A stretch of 55,148 nucleotides of DNA from Synechococcus sp. (GTDB lineage Bacteria > Cyanobacteriota > Cyanobacteriia > Thermostichales > PCC-7336): contig JBFRWD010000009.1 of NCBI GenBank assembly GCA_051439425.1, positions 1 to 55,148 on the forward strand, written 5' to 3'. The position numbers and the translations under genes are program-made. This document shows positions 30,363-40,261 of the stretch, piece after piece. The notes below the pieces were generated by a model. The model had not been told where the DNA came from and searched no databases. It saw only the letters and a program-made list of their open reading frames with translations. Numbering within the stretch: the stretch's first letter is position 1; every line of letters starts with the position of its first letter.

Positions 30363-31715
30363 CAGCAACAATCACTGCGTTCTAGACAAATACTTAAGCT
30401 GTGACGTAGAGCAAAAACTTGGGACGAAAAGCGAATGCTTTAACTTGCAAGCATCAAAACAAGCGCAAGAATGCGAAGACAATAGACACATAGCTATGAT
30501 AAATAAATACGCAGCTAAAACCAGCGTATGCCTTGATGCCACTGTAAGTATTTGCTACATGCGTTCAGTTTGGAAATAATACCCAAATGGGCATCCCCAC
30601 TATTTGTCTAATCCAAGATTTTATTCTGGAATGAGCGATCTTTTAAAAGTTTAATGGAATACATAGCAATATCAATCAAGTGCCGATATCTGAAGGCAAC
30701 TCTTGGCCTCTCTCAAAAGATCAGAAGTATCTAATAAGCCTAAAACTTATCAAATACGTGCCAGTGAACTCAACCTAAGATTGCTGGCTCGGTGACGAAC
30801 TTTAGAAGAAATAAATATTGTCTAAAGATTCAATATTCAGTAAAGTACAAGAGTAAGAAAATAATCACAAAAAAACATAGACCTATGGATCTCGTGACAT
30901 AAATAGCTTATTCACTATGAACCCCCAATGGAATACAGTGCTGAATTGGCAAGTGTGTTTTCAGGGTATGTCCGTAAATATTTCACCCAATATAGCATCA
31001 CTACCTACGTACGTAGCATGGAGGGATTAATTTTATTTACACAGTAAATTACTCTTCATCGAAAGTAAAAATTAACACAATCGAACCTTGAATGATTTTT
31101 GTCGGACATATTTTTTGCTCTGCCTCATAAAATTTACCCATAGGCCAGAATGGCCGTATAAAAATATCGCCTGCAAGTCAGGTCCTGTTATTTGATGGCA
31201 TTACTCTTGAGCGCAAAAGTCTTGGTATTTTTATACGCGCCTGCCGATAAACGAATTTGATTTCAATTCTTAATGAAGAATATCCGACACTTCGGGCGTT
31301 TAGGTCAAAGGAAATAGCCGTATAGCTTCCATCTCCGGATTTGTCTTGGTTGACTGTGAAAAGGCCTAATGACTTCGGAAGAAACCTATACAGTGCTGGG
31401 GCTATAACTGTTGAATAAGTGCGAAGGATTAACGAATTAGCGCTGCAGTGCTAGCCGCCTTTTTGATATGACAGTTACAAATATTTTGCATTTAAACTAG
31501 GCTTTGCTCTTAGCTGCTGTACTGAGTTCCTAGAACGATAATCAAAGTACGATACCAATTCTCGGCGATCGCAGTAAGGTCTGTAGTGAGGAGAGCTCAA
31601 AGCCTTGATTGGCTGAGAAAAGATTTGAAATCCTCCATAACTGGATTGCAGGAAGCTATACAAGGACTTGGCTACGACTTGCCTGCTCATATCGTTTCCC
31701 TAGACTGATGCGGTC

Positions 31716-33188
31716 TTAAGCTCCTACTGCTTTCATCAATCGATATTTCAGTTTGCGAAATAGATAATAAGGAGCATCCCCGGACGTTGCTATCAGGAGC
31801 TTTACCAACCCAATATCGCTGTCTTTCTGATTGAAGGGGTACTGCGATAATGTGGGGGCAATGCGATGAATGATCTTTTCTTGAATACGCGATCCGAGTC
31901 GGGCCGCTTCGGGAAAACTCAGTAATAGAGAGTAGTTAAGCGCCGAATTCAAAATTGGAAAGCGTTCCAGTCTGCCGAGATCGTACAGCTGCTCTTTGGC
32001 TGCCAACCAACCTGCTTGACGCTGTTCGATGAAAAAGCGATCGCGCCAATCTAAGTGCTCTTGCGGATGCTTAAGAACCCACTCAAGCCATTCCTGAAGT
32101 CCGATCACGGCAGACGAAGATAGCGGTTCCTGAAACAACCGCGCAAGTTGTTCGGCACCAACTTCAGCACCGGTAACGCTGCTGGGTAAGAGGCGCAGGT
32201 TGGAAAATCCACTCGCAACGGCAAATCCGTGGCCTCCAAATGAAATGCCCTCCATTTCGTCCCGGATACCGTTGATAAACGGGTCAGCGTCACCTGGCGA
32301 GACATGACCAGCGCTGTGTTTGATTACGAGAGCGGCGCGCTCGGATGAGAACTCCCTATGTCGCATGATTGTATGTGTGTAGCCACAATCGCGAGCTAAT
32401 TGGGGAGGTAGCAAGCGATCTGCTACGGCTGTTCTCGCCGATATGCGAGTGAATGGTAAAACATCAACACTCGCGTGGGCGCATAGCGCTAGCATCAGCC
32501 GGGAGTCGTAACCTGCGGTCAGACCGAGCCACAACGGTTGATGAAAGGACGCTAACCGTTTGACTGTTGTCACCAATCTAGTACTAATTTCCGCAATAGC
32601 ATCGTCTTCACTCCAATCTCGCTCAATGTCGGGCATCAGTGGACGAGCAACCACTTCTTGCTGACGTAGATTTAAGACTTGGCTTGGTAAGAGTCGAGTA
32701 ATACCAGGCAGCTTAGTACGCGGCGGAGTGAACCAGGAGATGCCTACTTGGTAATGCAACTCTCGCCGGTCTGGCAGAGGGGGACCGTCTCCAAACAGCA
32801 GGTGATTTAGCAAAGTAGGACTGCTACTTGCCCAGAAGTCCGCCGAATTGGTCCGACCGAACAGGCAACCGAGCAGGCCGCTAGCATCCATATGTACTTG
32901 TTCCGACCCTAGCAGCACCCATCGACCTGCCCAACTGGAGTACAGGTCTGAAATCCGATCGCTGCTAGTTTGTTGAATTTGTTCTGCAGGGGAGGGTTGA
33001 GTGGCGGTGGTTTCGACTGCTAGCCCTAGTAATGCCCAACTGGTGCCATCGCTATCGGTGGTGAGTTGAACTCGCAGTGACGGGCAGTGAGATAACCACA
33101 TTTTCTCATCCAACTGGTGGCAGTTCCAATCCGGATAGGCATTGAACGGCTCCGGTCCGACCACATATTGGCGCCGATGCGGTTTCAT
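31716..33188 (-). CDS. Asparagine-synthetase-like N-type ATP pyrophosphatase without the N-terminal catalytic Cys
   Basis: Degenerate Ntn-like region (WAGRWVLL, HMDASGLLGCLFG, TRLLPSQVLNL) and a PP-loop variant LGLTAGYDSRLML; start ATG 33188 or GTG 33215. Confidence 0.65.
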   Translation of the reverse strand: MKPHRRQYVVGPEPFNAYPDWNCHQLDEKMWLSHCPSLRVQLTTDSDGTSWALLGLAVETTATQPSPAEQIQQTSSDRISDLYSSWAGRWVLLGSEQVHMDASGLLGCLFGRTNSADFWASSSPTLLNHLLFGDGPPLPDRRELHYQVGISWFTPPRTKLPGITRLLPSQVLNLRQQEVVARPLMPDIERDWSEDDAIAEISTRLVTTVKRLASFHQPLWLGLTAGYDSRLMLALCAHASVDVLPFTRISARTAVADRLLPPQLARDCGYTHTIMRHREFSSERAALVIKHSAGHVSPGDADPFINGIRDEMEGISFGGHGFAVASGFSNLRLLPSSVTGAEVGAEQLARLFQEPLSSSAVIGLQEWLEWVLKHPQEHLDWRDRFFIEQRQAGWLAAKEQLYDLGRLERFPILNSALNYSLLLSFPEAARLGSRIQEKIIHRIAPTLSQYPFNQKDSDIGLVKLLIATSGDAPYYLFRKLKYRLMKAVGA

Positions 33189-33391
33189 GGTGTAGCCGGG
33201 AGTGGTTACTGACACAAGCTAGCCTCGGTCTAGGTGGCCTGGAAGACAAAATCATGAGGTCAATAAAAAACTGGTGCTAAGGAGCGCTCCAACTATCCAA
33301 TGCAATGTCTTTCATACTGGACAGCAACATACTTGATCATCAGTTCGATAAGACAGTTGTGTAAGGCTTGGTTTCCCTAAGTGAAAAACAC

Positions 33392-34663
33392 TTAAATACT
33401 TATCAACGAACGATAAAGATTAACCAGCTCGTCATTTAAAACCTCCATGTTATAGGTCGCTTCCACTTCCCGACGACCTGCCCACCCCATGGCTTCCCAG
33501 TCTTGAGGTTGATCGACTAAGTAAAGTAGTTTTTCAAACAAAGCATCTGCATCGCGCTCCGGGACCAAAAATCCAGATACACTATCGTGGATCAATTCGG
33601 GAATACCACCGTGCCAGGTCCCGATCGTTGGCAATCCCATTGCCATCCCTTCTTTTAACGTATTGACCGGTGCATCGGCATCTCCATCCGCTGCTGTCAC
33701 ACTGGGTGCTAGCAATAAATGAGAGCGATCTAGGAGCTCGATCAATTCATTCTGAAGCTTCCATCCAACCAGTTGAATGGTGTCACCTGCGTCCAAAGAA
33801 TCCACAAGTGCCTGGAGGCTAGATCTTAAAGGTCCATCTCCCACAACGAGATACTCGACGGGTCGCTGGCGAGCAAGACGGGCGACGGCTCGGATAGCGT
33901 ATTCAATCCCCTTTTTTTCCACCAATCTGCCAATAGTGATAATCCGGGTAGTCTCCTGTAGAAGTCGCGTGCGGGGGCGAAACGCGAAACGACGAACATC
34001 AATTCCCGAGCGATGGACCGATAGCTTATTGGGGTCTCCCCCTAAATCGAGCACTCGCTGTGCAAAAAATTGGCTATTGGGTAGATACGCGTCGGCAGCT
34101 TGCAGAAGGTCATCGTAGACGCGATCGCCGAACTTAGCGATGGCCCAACTGATGTCACGCCCCCGGAAGGAAACGACCAACTTTCCCGTTATCAGTCCCA
34201 GCTGTTTGAACAATAAGATGACAAGAGCGGTTGTGCCAAATTGACAGTGAATGATGTCGTAATCCAGCCCTCCCAATAGTGGAAGGGCGCGGTAAATCAA
34301 TCTCAGGGACAGGGCGTCGCGGCCGTGGAGCACTGGATTCAAAAGTTGTAGGGTTGCCTTCCAATGCTGCTGGTGAGTTGGCCATTTAGAGAAAGATCGA
34401 ACTAGCGTAAACCACCGTTCCAAATAATTCGCAGGTACACGTGGCGAAAACCGAGTGCGGTTGAGTAATTTATACTGCTCGACGATGGGATGAACGGATA
34501 CTTCTGGGTCGGCAGACCCCTGCAGGGCAAGAATCTCGACTTCATGGCCGCGATCGAGAGCACCTGCAATTTGATTGAGGACAAAGGTTTCGGAAGGGAC
34601 TGGAAATTCCTCGACAACATGGACTATTTTCATGGGCGATTGGGTTGCAACAGCCTTCATCAA
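33392..34663 (-). CDS. GT4 glycosyltransferase, WcaL-like
   Basis: FPVPSETFVLNQI, IIHCQFG, SFRGRDIS, IGRLVEKKGIEY, APSVTAADGD, TWHGGIPELI; ATGA overlap with the upstream wzx. Confidence 0.93.
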   Translation of the reverse strand: MMKAVATQSPMKIVHVVEEFPVPSETFVLNQIAGALDRGHEVEILALQGSADPEVSVHPIVEQYKLLNRTRFSPRVPANYLERWFTLVRSFSKWPTHQQHWKATLQLLNPVLHGRDALSLRLIYRALPLLGGLDYDIIHCQFGTTALVILLFKQLGLITGKLVVSFRGRDISWAIAKFGDRVYDDLLQAADAYLPNSQFFAQRVLDLGGDPNKLSVHRSGIDVRRFAFRPRTRLLQETTRIITIGRLVEKKGIEYAIRAVARLARQRPVEYLVVGDGPLRSSLQALVDSLDAGDTIQLVGWKLQNELIELLDRSHLLLAPSVTAADGDADAPVNTLKEGMAMGLPTIGTWHGGIPELIHDSVSGFLVPERDADALFEKLLYLVDQPQDWEAMGWAGRREVEATYNMEVLNDELVNLYRSLISI

Positions 34664-36144
34664 ACCACCGTCCGCTTTGAATGATTCTGCTCCGCTGTTT
34701 GTTTAGTGGAGACATTCAAACTTTTCAAAAGGGTTTCTTTGAATACCTCAAACACCTGCCCACCAGACAGGACACTTGCAATTCCCAAGTATCCAGCCAG
34801 AACCAGCACTGACAGGCTCCATTGGGGTATGGGAGTCACTGTAACGACTACAAAAGAACAGGCAAGCGACAGCCCAATTGCCACGGTTGGAACTCCCAAG
34901 GGCTTTATGAGAGCGATTGCACTCCACTTGGCAGCCCGGCAGGTGGCAAGCCAAAACCACGCTGTAGCGCCTAACCCCATCACAATGGCAACTGAAATTG
35001 CGACCCCTTGGATTCCTCCCAACCAAGCACCAATCGCAAATGCAGGCAAAGACATTGGAACCATGGCCCAATTGATGAATGCATTCAGTTCAGGGCGATC
35101 GATCGCATTCAAGGTAGTTCCCAAGATGGCCATGAAACCACGGGCATATGCGAATACCAATACCCATTGAAAGAGTCCGACAACCGGTTTCCATTCCGGG
35201 CCGTATATCCAGGGAATAGCCAGGGGAGCAAGAGCATATGCCACTCCGTATATTGGGGCCGAGACTATGGCAAATAGTTCGAGGGAACGACTGACATAGC
35301 GCTGCAGAGCTTGACTAGACAACTGCGACATGACAGAAAAGCTAACGCGGTTTACCTGCGATAGTACAAAGGTCGGCATCATAGCTAACTGGTAGGCCAG
35401 ATTGTAGAGTCCCAACGACTGCGCACCCAACAGCCGACCGATAATCATGTTGTCACTGTTGGTATTTGCATACACAGCCAAATTAGTGCCAATCAGGCTG
35501 CCAACATAGCGCCTCACACTGCACAGGGCACCTGCATCCGGACGGAGTTGGAATCGGCAATGGTAACCGCTGAACAAGCGGCGCAATACACTACTGATTG
35601 CTGTGAAAGCTAGCTCCGCCAGCACAAATGACCACACTCCTGCGCCAAGTACTGCGGCCAAAATTATGGTGATTAACCTTACGCCGTTTGAAATCCATCT
35701 GGCGATCGCAATTTGGTGGAATTTCATTTGCCGCTGCAGGATCGCTCCGTGGGTTCCTGCTCCAGCCCCAATTAAAAACGTCAGTGCCGAAACCACTGTC
35801 AAGGGAAATACGATGGGTGTGTCGAAAAATAGTGCCAATGGGAACCCAATTGCTGATTGCAGGAAAAACATCACAACAGATATTGCGATTCCCAGGCTGT
35901 AGACGGCGTTAACTAGCGTTTTGTCGTCGATCCCCCGCTGAATCAGAACGCCGGAGATAGCTGAGTCTTTGAAAATGCTGGATAAAGCCGTCACTACAAG
36001 GACCATCCCCCAAACCCCAAAGTCTTCCGGGATCAACAGTCTGGCCAATACAATCTGAGCCAATACCCGCGATAGCTTTCCAACGAGAAAACTAGATGTT
36101 AGCCACAGGCTACTTCTTGCAATTTTGGCTGCAGTTGCCGCCAT
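34660..36144 (-). CDS. wzx: Wzx/WzxC-like polysaccharide flippase, copy 2
   Basis: IVLARLLIPEDFG, DNMIIGRLLGAQSLGLYNLAYQL; paralogue of 27605-29140; probable ATG at 36144. Confidence 0.9.
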   Translation of the reverse strand: MAATAAKIARSSLWLTSSFLVGKLSRVLAQIVLARLLIPEDFGVWGMVLVVTALSSIFKDSAISGVLIQRGIDDKTLVNAVYSLGIAISVVMFFLQSAIGFPLALFFDTPIVFPLTVVSALTFLIGAGAGTHGAILQRQMKFHQIAIARWISNGVRLITIILAAVLGAGVWSFVLAELAFTAISSVLRRLFSGYHCRFQLRPDAGALCSVRRYVGSLIGTNLAVYANTNSDNMIIGRLLGAQSLGLYNLAYQLAMMPTFVLSQVNRVSFSVMSQLSSQALQRYVSRSLELFAIVSAPIYGVAYALAPLAIPWIYGPEWKPVVGLFQWVLVFAYARGFMAILGTTLNAIDRPELNAFINWAMVPMSLPAFAIGAWLGGIQGVAISVAIVMGLGATAWFWLATCRAAKWSAIALIKPLGVPTVAIGLSLACSFVVVTVTPIPQWSLSVLVLAGYLGIASVLSGGQVFEVFKETLLKSLNVSTKQTAEQNHSKRTVV

Positions 36145-36626
36145 AGAACATTCCTTGTACTTTAAATTGGCAGTCAACTATGCTCTTTTAGCGCATTAAT
36201 CTTGGAGATTACGTGCCGATTATTTCGTCTGCACAAATATTTCAAACGGATTTCTTCTTAGAAAAGAGATAAATTAGAATCCTAGAATTTCAGTAATCAT
36301 ATGCAACGGTGGGGAAAAGCCATGGAATGTTTAAATCTTACCACATAATTATATATTGACGCCCTATGTTACGTCCTAGGTGTGGAGACATCCAAACTCT
36401 TTGGTATGAATGAAAACTACTCAAGATGTGAGCCGCATTGAATTGCCACCCTCTATAATGAAAATCATCAAAAGCAAGCAATCTCAATCTCAACTGAAAA
36501 TAATTAATGGCATGCCTTGGCATTAAAATAGAAGGCCAAGAGAGAAAATATCTTCAAACATTATTAGGCCAGAATATTTCTGATTGACTGTTTACAATGG
36601 CCAGTCTTTTGCATACAGGCATACAT

Positions 36627-37739
36627 CTACACTTCAACGGCAAAATCATTCACTATGTCTGCAAATCTAGCGGCTGTTTTTTCCCAGCTGTAGTTTTGGA
36701 GTAACTGTTTGCGACTAGCATGTCCCAAATCCTTACGGATTCCCGGATGCTCGATAAGCGTTGTCAACGCTGCTGCGAGCTCTCGGGTACTTCCGGGTGA
36801 GACCAGTAACCCCGTTTCACCATCTTGAACCAGTTCTGGAATCGCAGAAATATTTGTACTCACAATTGGTAGCCCGTAGTACATGGCTTCTAGCAGTACG
36901 ATTCCAAACCCTTCTTTGTATGACGGCAACACAAAAATATCAGCTTGCTGATATAAGCGTTCGAGAGTGGCATCGTCTGTCCTGCCATGAAAGATAACCG
37001 ATTCTTCTAGCTGTTCTCGTTTGACAATATTACAAATTGAACGATAGTAAGCAATATCTTTATTCGTTTCTCCCACGATATTGAGTATGTACTCATGACC
37101 ATCACTCAACATTGAGACTGCATTGACTAGCTCCCGTATGCCTTTACGCGGAATGCAATGTGCCACACACAAAATAGATAGAGATTGCCGATTATCCTCC
37201 TTCTCCACACTCACCGACTGCCTAAATTTCTCTTCTAGCCCCGGAGGCAATATTGAAATCGAATCCTGAGAGAATCCCAAAGACATTATTTCCTGTTGGC
37301 AATATCGACTATTGGTGATGATGTGGTTCGCTGACGACAGTTTCAATTGCTCAACAATCGCGGAGTATGTTGCCCAAAACGAATCTTGGGAGTTGCATTC
37401 ATAACCTTCGAAATGATGCACTATTGCCAGTACATATCCTCTGTGAATATATCTGTGAATTGCATTCAAAACGACTAAATATCCACCAAAGTACTGATCG
37501 AATACCAATAGCCGATCGCCGCGACCAAACGCCAATAGTGCCAAACAGAGATTAACGACAACTGGACCCAGAAGCGGAATTCGTGCCAACCTCAACAGAT
37601 ACCGAATCTTATATAGGTCAATTGCCTCTACCTCCACGCCTGTGCGATCGAGATACGAGTAAAGCTTTAGGTTGTAAAGCTCTCCACCCGTTTTGGCGGG
37701 AATACTGCCAGTGAGGAACGTAACCTTCTGCATGCTCAA
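36627..37739 (-). CDS. GT4 glycosyltransferase
   Basis: TGGELYN, IPRKGI, ADIFVLPSYKEGFGIVLLEAM. Confidence 0.93.
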   Translation of the reverse strand: MSMQKVTFLTGSIPAKTGGELYNLKLYSYLDRTGVEVEAIDLYKIRYLLRLARIPLLGPVVVNLCLALLAFGRGDRLLVFDQYFGGYLVVLNAIHRYIHRGYVLAIVHHFEGYECNSQDSFWATYSAIVEQLKLSSANHIITNSRYCQQEIMSLGFSQDSISILPPGLEEKFRQSVSVEKEDNRQSLSILCVAHCIPRKGIRELVNAVSMLSDGHEYILNIVGETNKDIAYYRSICNIVKREQLEESVIFHGRTDDATLERLYQQADIFVLPSYKEGFGIVLLEAMYYGLPIVSTNISAIPELVQDGETGLLVSPGSTRELAAALTTLIEHPGIRKDLGHASRKQLLQNYSWEKTAARFADIVNDFAVEV

Positions 37740-39070
37740 GAGTGAGTACCAGGCTGGGACAATGTGGATGTTGAGAGATTCGGCTGCAATCGCTCGCCAG
37801 ACTGACCGGAATGAGTAGAAGATTGGTCTCTACCTACCTCCAAACAACCTGTCTCCAAGCCGCCTGTCTCTAATCCGGTCAATGTCGCAATCCCATGCGC
37901 ATAGCGAGCTACATGGCAGTTCTGCTCGACCCACTCACGTCCGGCCTTCAGTTGTTGAGCCGTCCGCTCGGCTGATGTACGTAGAGCACAAATGCAGCGG
38001 GCAACAGCTGCAGGATCGTCAGGGGCAACGGTCCAGTCTGGCGCAAAGTTATTCAAAATCTCGGCGATGCCTCCAGTCTTGCTACCGATAACCGGAACTC
38101 CGCTCGCAATGGCCTCGGCCACCGTCCGTCCAAACGGTTCGCGGGGAGCCAAAGAGATGGTTGCGTCAGCATGCACAAAGTAGGATTCGATATCAAATAC
38201 TGGAGGTAAAATTGTTAGCCAATCTCCAACACCATGCTTGTCAGCCAGCTCCTGTAAGCTACGGGTATAGCTACCATCACCAGACCCATCTGCCCCAATA
38301 ATGACGCTTTGATAGCGCTGTCCCATCGCCTTCAACTCTGCCAATACGGGTATGAGTGCCCGCAGATTTTTGTCGTTGACAATTCCAGGTTTATTTAGGC
38401 GTGAGGGGGTAAGCAAGATCCCAATATTGGAGTCGATCAACGACCTGAGGGCCTCTGGAGGCTTGTCAATTCTGGATCGCTCGAATCGACTGGGATCGAC
38501 CGGTTGATACAGAACTCCTCGAATATCCCGAGTCACGTACTGGCGGATGACACTGGCGGTGAAATTGGAGTTGCAAATTGCCCCTGGAGCCACCCGAGCA
38601 AACACGAATTTGCGTACCCAGTTGCCAATGGGATTGTATGAAATCGCTAGATCGTGAAAAAAGTGGAATAGCGGTCGCCGCTGCTGTCGCAGCATCTTAG
38701 ATTCTGCAAGCAGCACAAACATCCGATTGCGCAACACCCAACTTTCCAATAACAGCGGCCAATGGTGAGGTTGTTGATGCACCCACTGCAAGCTGCTACG
38801 AGAAAATGACTGTCCCGGTTGGGCTTCCAGCGATTGCAAGCAGTCCACATGCCCCGCTTGCAGCAAATACTGTTCTTGCAAAGAGCCTGCTTTCGTCACC
38901 ACCACGAGGCGATTGCCCATGCCCAATTGCTTGAAACCAGCAATTAACATTGACAGGCTGACTGTCATCCCGCCGAACGAGCTGGTGTAAGCAGATAGCA
39001 CGATCAACTTACTGTCGCTTCCTTGTTTCGAACAATCCGTTGGTGTTGCAGGGGGAGTAGAACCGTTCAT
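37736..39070 (-). CDS. GT4 glycosyltransferase
   Basis: FGGMTVSL, REPFGRTVAEAIASGVPVIGSKTGGIAEIL; 4-nt overlaps with both neighbours. Confidence 0.9.
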   Translation of the reverse strand: MNGSTPPATPTDCSKQGSDSKLIVLSAYTSSFGGMTVSLSMLIAGFKQLGMGNRLVVVTKAGSLQEQYLLQAGHVDCLQSLEAQPGQSFSRSSLQWVHQQPHHWPLLLESWVLRNRMFVLLAESKMLRQQRRPLFHFFHDLAISYNPIGNWVRKFVFARVAPGAICNSNFTASVIRQYVTRDIRGVLYQPVDPSRFERSRIDKPPEALRSLIDSNIGILLTPSRLNKPGIVNDKNLRALIPVLAELKAMGQRYQSVIIGADGSGDGSYTRSLQELADKHGVGDWLTILPPVFDIESYFVHADATISLAPREPFGRTVAEAIASGVPVIGSKTGGIAEILNNFAPDWTVAPDDPAAVARCICALRTSAERTAQQLKAGREWVEQNCHVARYAHGIATLTGLETGGLETGCLEVGRDQSSTHSGQSGERLQPNLSTSTLSQPGTHS

Positions 39071-40155
39071 CGCTGCTGCCCTCCGGGTATGGATGAGGGC
39101 AATGCTGAAGCAGGCCCTGCCGTCTTACTCGTTAGCTTTTGATAGAGGTTCAGTTTTCGGTAGAGGTAGCGGCGGGGGCCTAGACTGGCGATCTCTAGAC
39201 CTTGTTGAGGGGCAATCGCACAGGTACAGCGTCGAATTAATCGCTCCAACGTGTCTTTGATGCCTTGTCCCAAAGACCACCCTTCAGCCAAGGTAAGACG
39301 CAATATTGCGATCGAACGACCTAACGAGGGGTGGTTCTGCTGAACGGCAAGATAGCTGAGATAATCTGCGTCTCGCTCGATGTCTAACTGCTGCGGGCAG
39401 TCAGTCAAGCGAGCGGCCTGATTGATACAGTCCCGAGTGTCTTGGCGTTGCTCGATCAGGTAGTCAACATTTGCCGATCTCGCTCGCCGGTTATTCCCGT
39501 GCTGCCGTCGGTACATGAGTTTGTCATCAATGGCCCCCACCGTTCCGTAAAACGGAACCGTTGCCGTGATGTAGGTATCGGCCGCTTGCGGACGTGCTGG
39601 AAACGGTGCGATCGCTTCCAGCACCCAGCGACGGTGGGATAGAGCAGAAGTCACGGCCCAGGCGTATCGTCCGTATTCTAAAAGCAGCGATCGCACGTCC
39701 CCCTGGCTGAAAAAGGTTGGATCTCTACCGATGGTCTCTCCATGCGCATTCACCGTGACTCGACCATGGGAGAGTTGCACCCATTCAGGATGGCGAATCA
39801 GCGCTTCGACGACTCGCGTTACTTTATCAGGATGGAAATAATCATCGGCATCCAGCCAGCAAATAATGTCTCCGCTTGATTGCTGCAATCCTGCCGTGAA
39901 TGCAGGTCCCTGGCCTGTGTTCTCTTGAAAAATAGCGATGAGTCGCTCACCGTAGGCTTCGATAACCTCGCGGGAGTTATCGGTAGAACCGTCATCCACA
40001 ACAATCAACTCTAGCGGTTGGTAGGTTTGCGTCAGAACACTGTCGATCGCCGAACCGATGTACCGGCCATAGTTATGGTTCGCAATGATGACACTGACTA
40101 ACGGAGTGTCTGGTAGAGGATGAATGGAACTCAGTTTGGGCAATGGTGCATTCAT
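39067..40155 (-). CDS. GT2 glycosyltransferase
   Basis: PLVSVIIANHNYGRYI, VVDDGSTD, WLDADD, YRRQHGNN; probable ATG at 40155 (MNAPLP), not 40455. Confidence 0.93.
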   Translation of the reverse strand: MNAPLPKLSSIHPLPDTPLVSVIIANHNYGRYIGSAIDSVLTQTYQPLELIVVDDGSTDNSREVIEAYGERLIAIFQENTGQGPAFTAGLQQSSGDIICWLDADDYFHPDKVTRVVEALIRHPEWVQLSHGRVTVNAHGETIGRDPTFFSQGDVRSLLLEYGRYAWAVTSALSHRRWVLEAIAPFPARPQAADTYITATVPFYGTVGAIDDKLMYRRQHGNNRRARSANVDYLIEQRQDTRDCINQAARLTDCPQQLDIERDADYLSYLAVQQNHPSLGRSIAILRLTLAEGWSLGQGIKDTLERLIRRCTCAIAPQQGLEIASLGPRRYLYRKLNLYQKLTSKTAGPASALPSSIPGGQQR

Positions 40156-40261
40156 GAGAACGACTCTGTGTCCGATCGGGTGTGAGAGGGAAGAAATCTT
40201 GGAGAAGGGAGAAGCGAAAGTATGTGTAGATCGGGTTTTCTTGCTGTCGCAACCAGAAACT

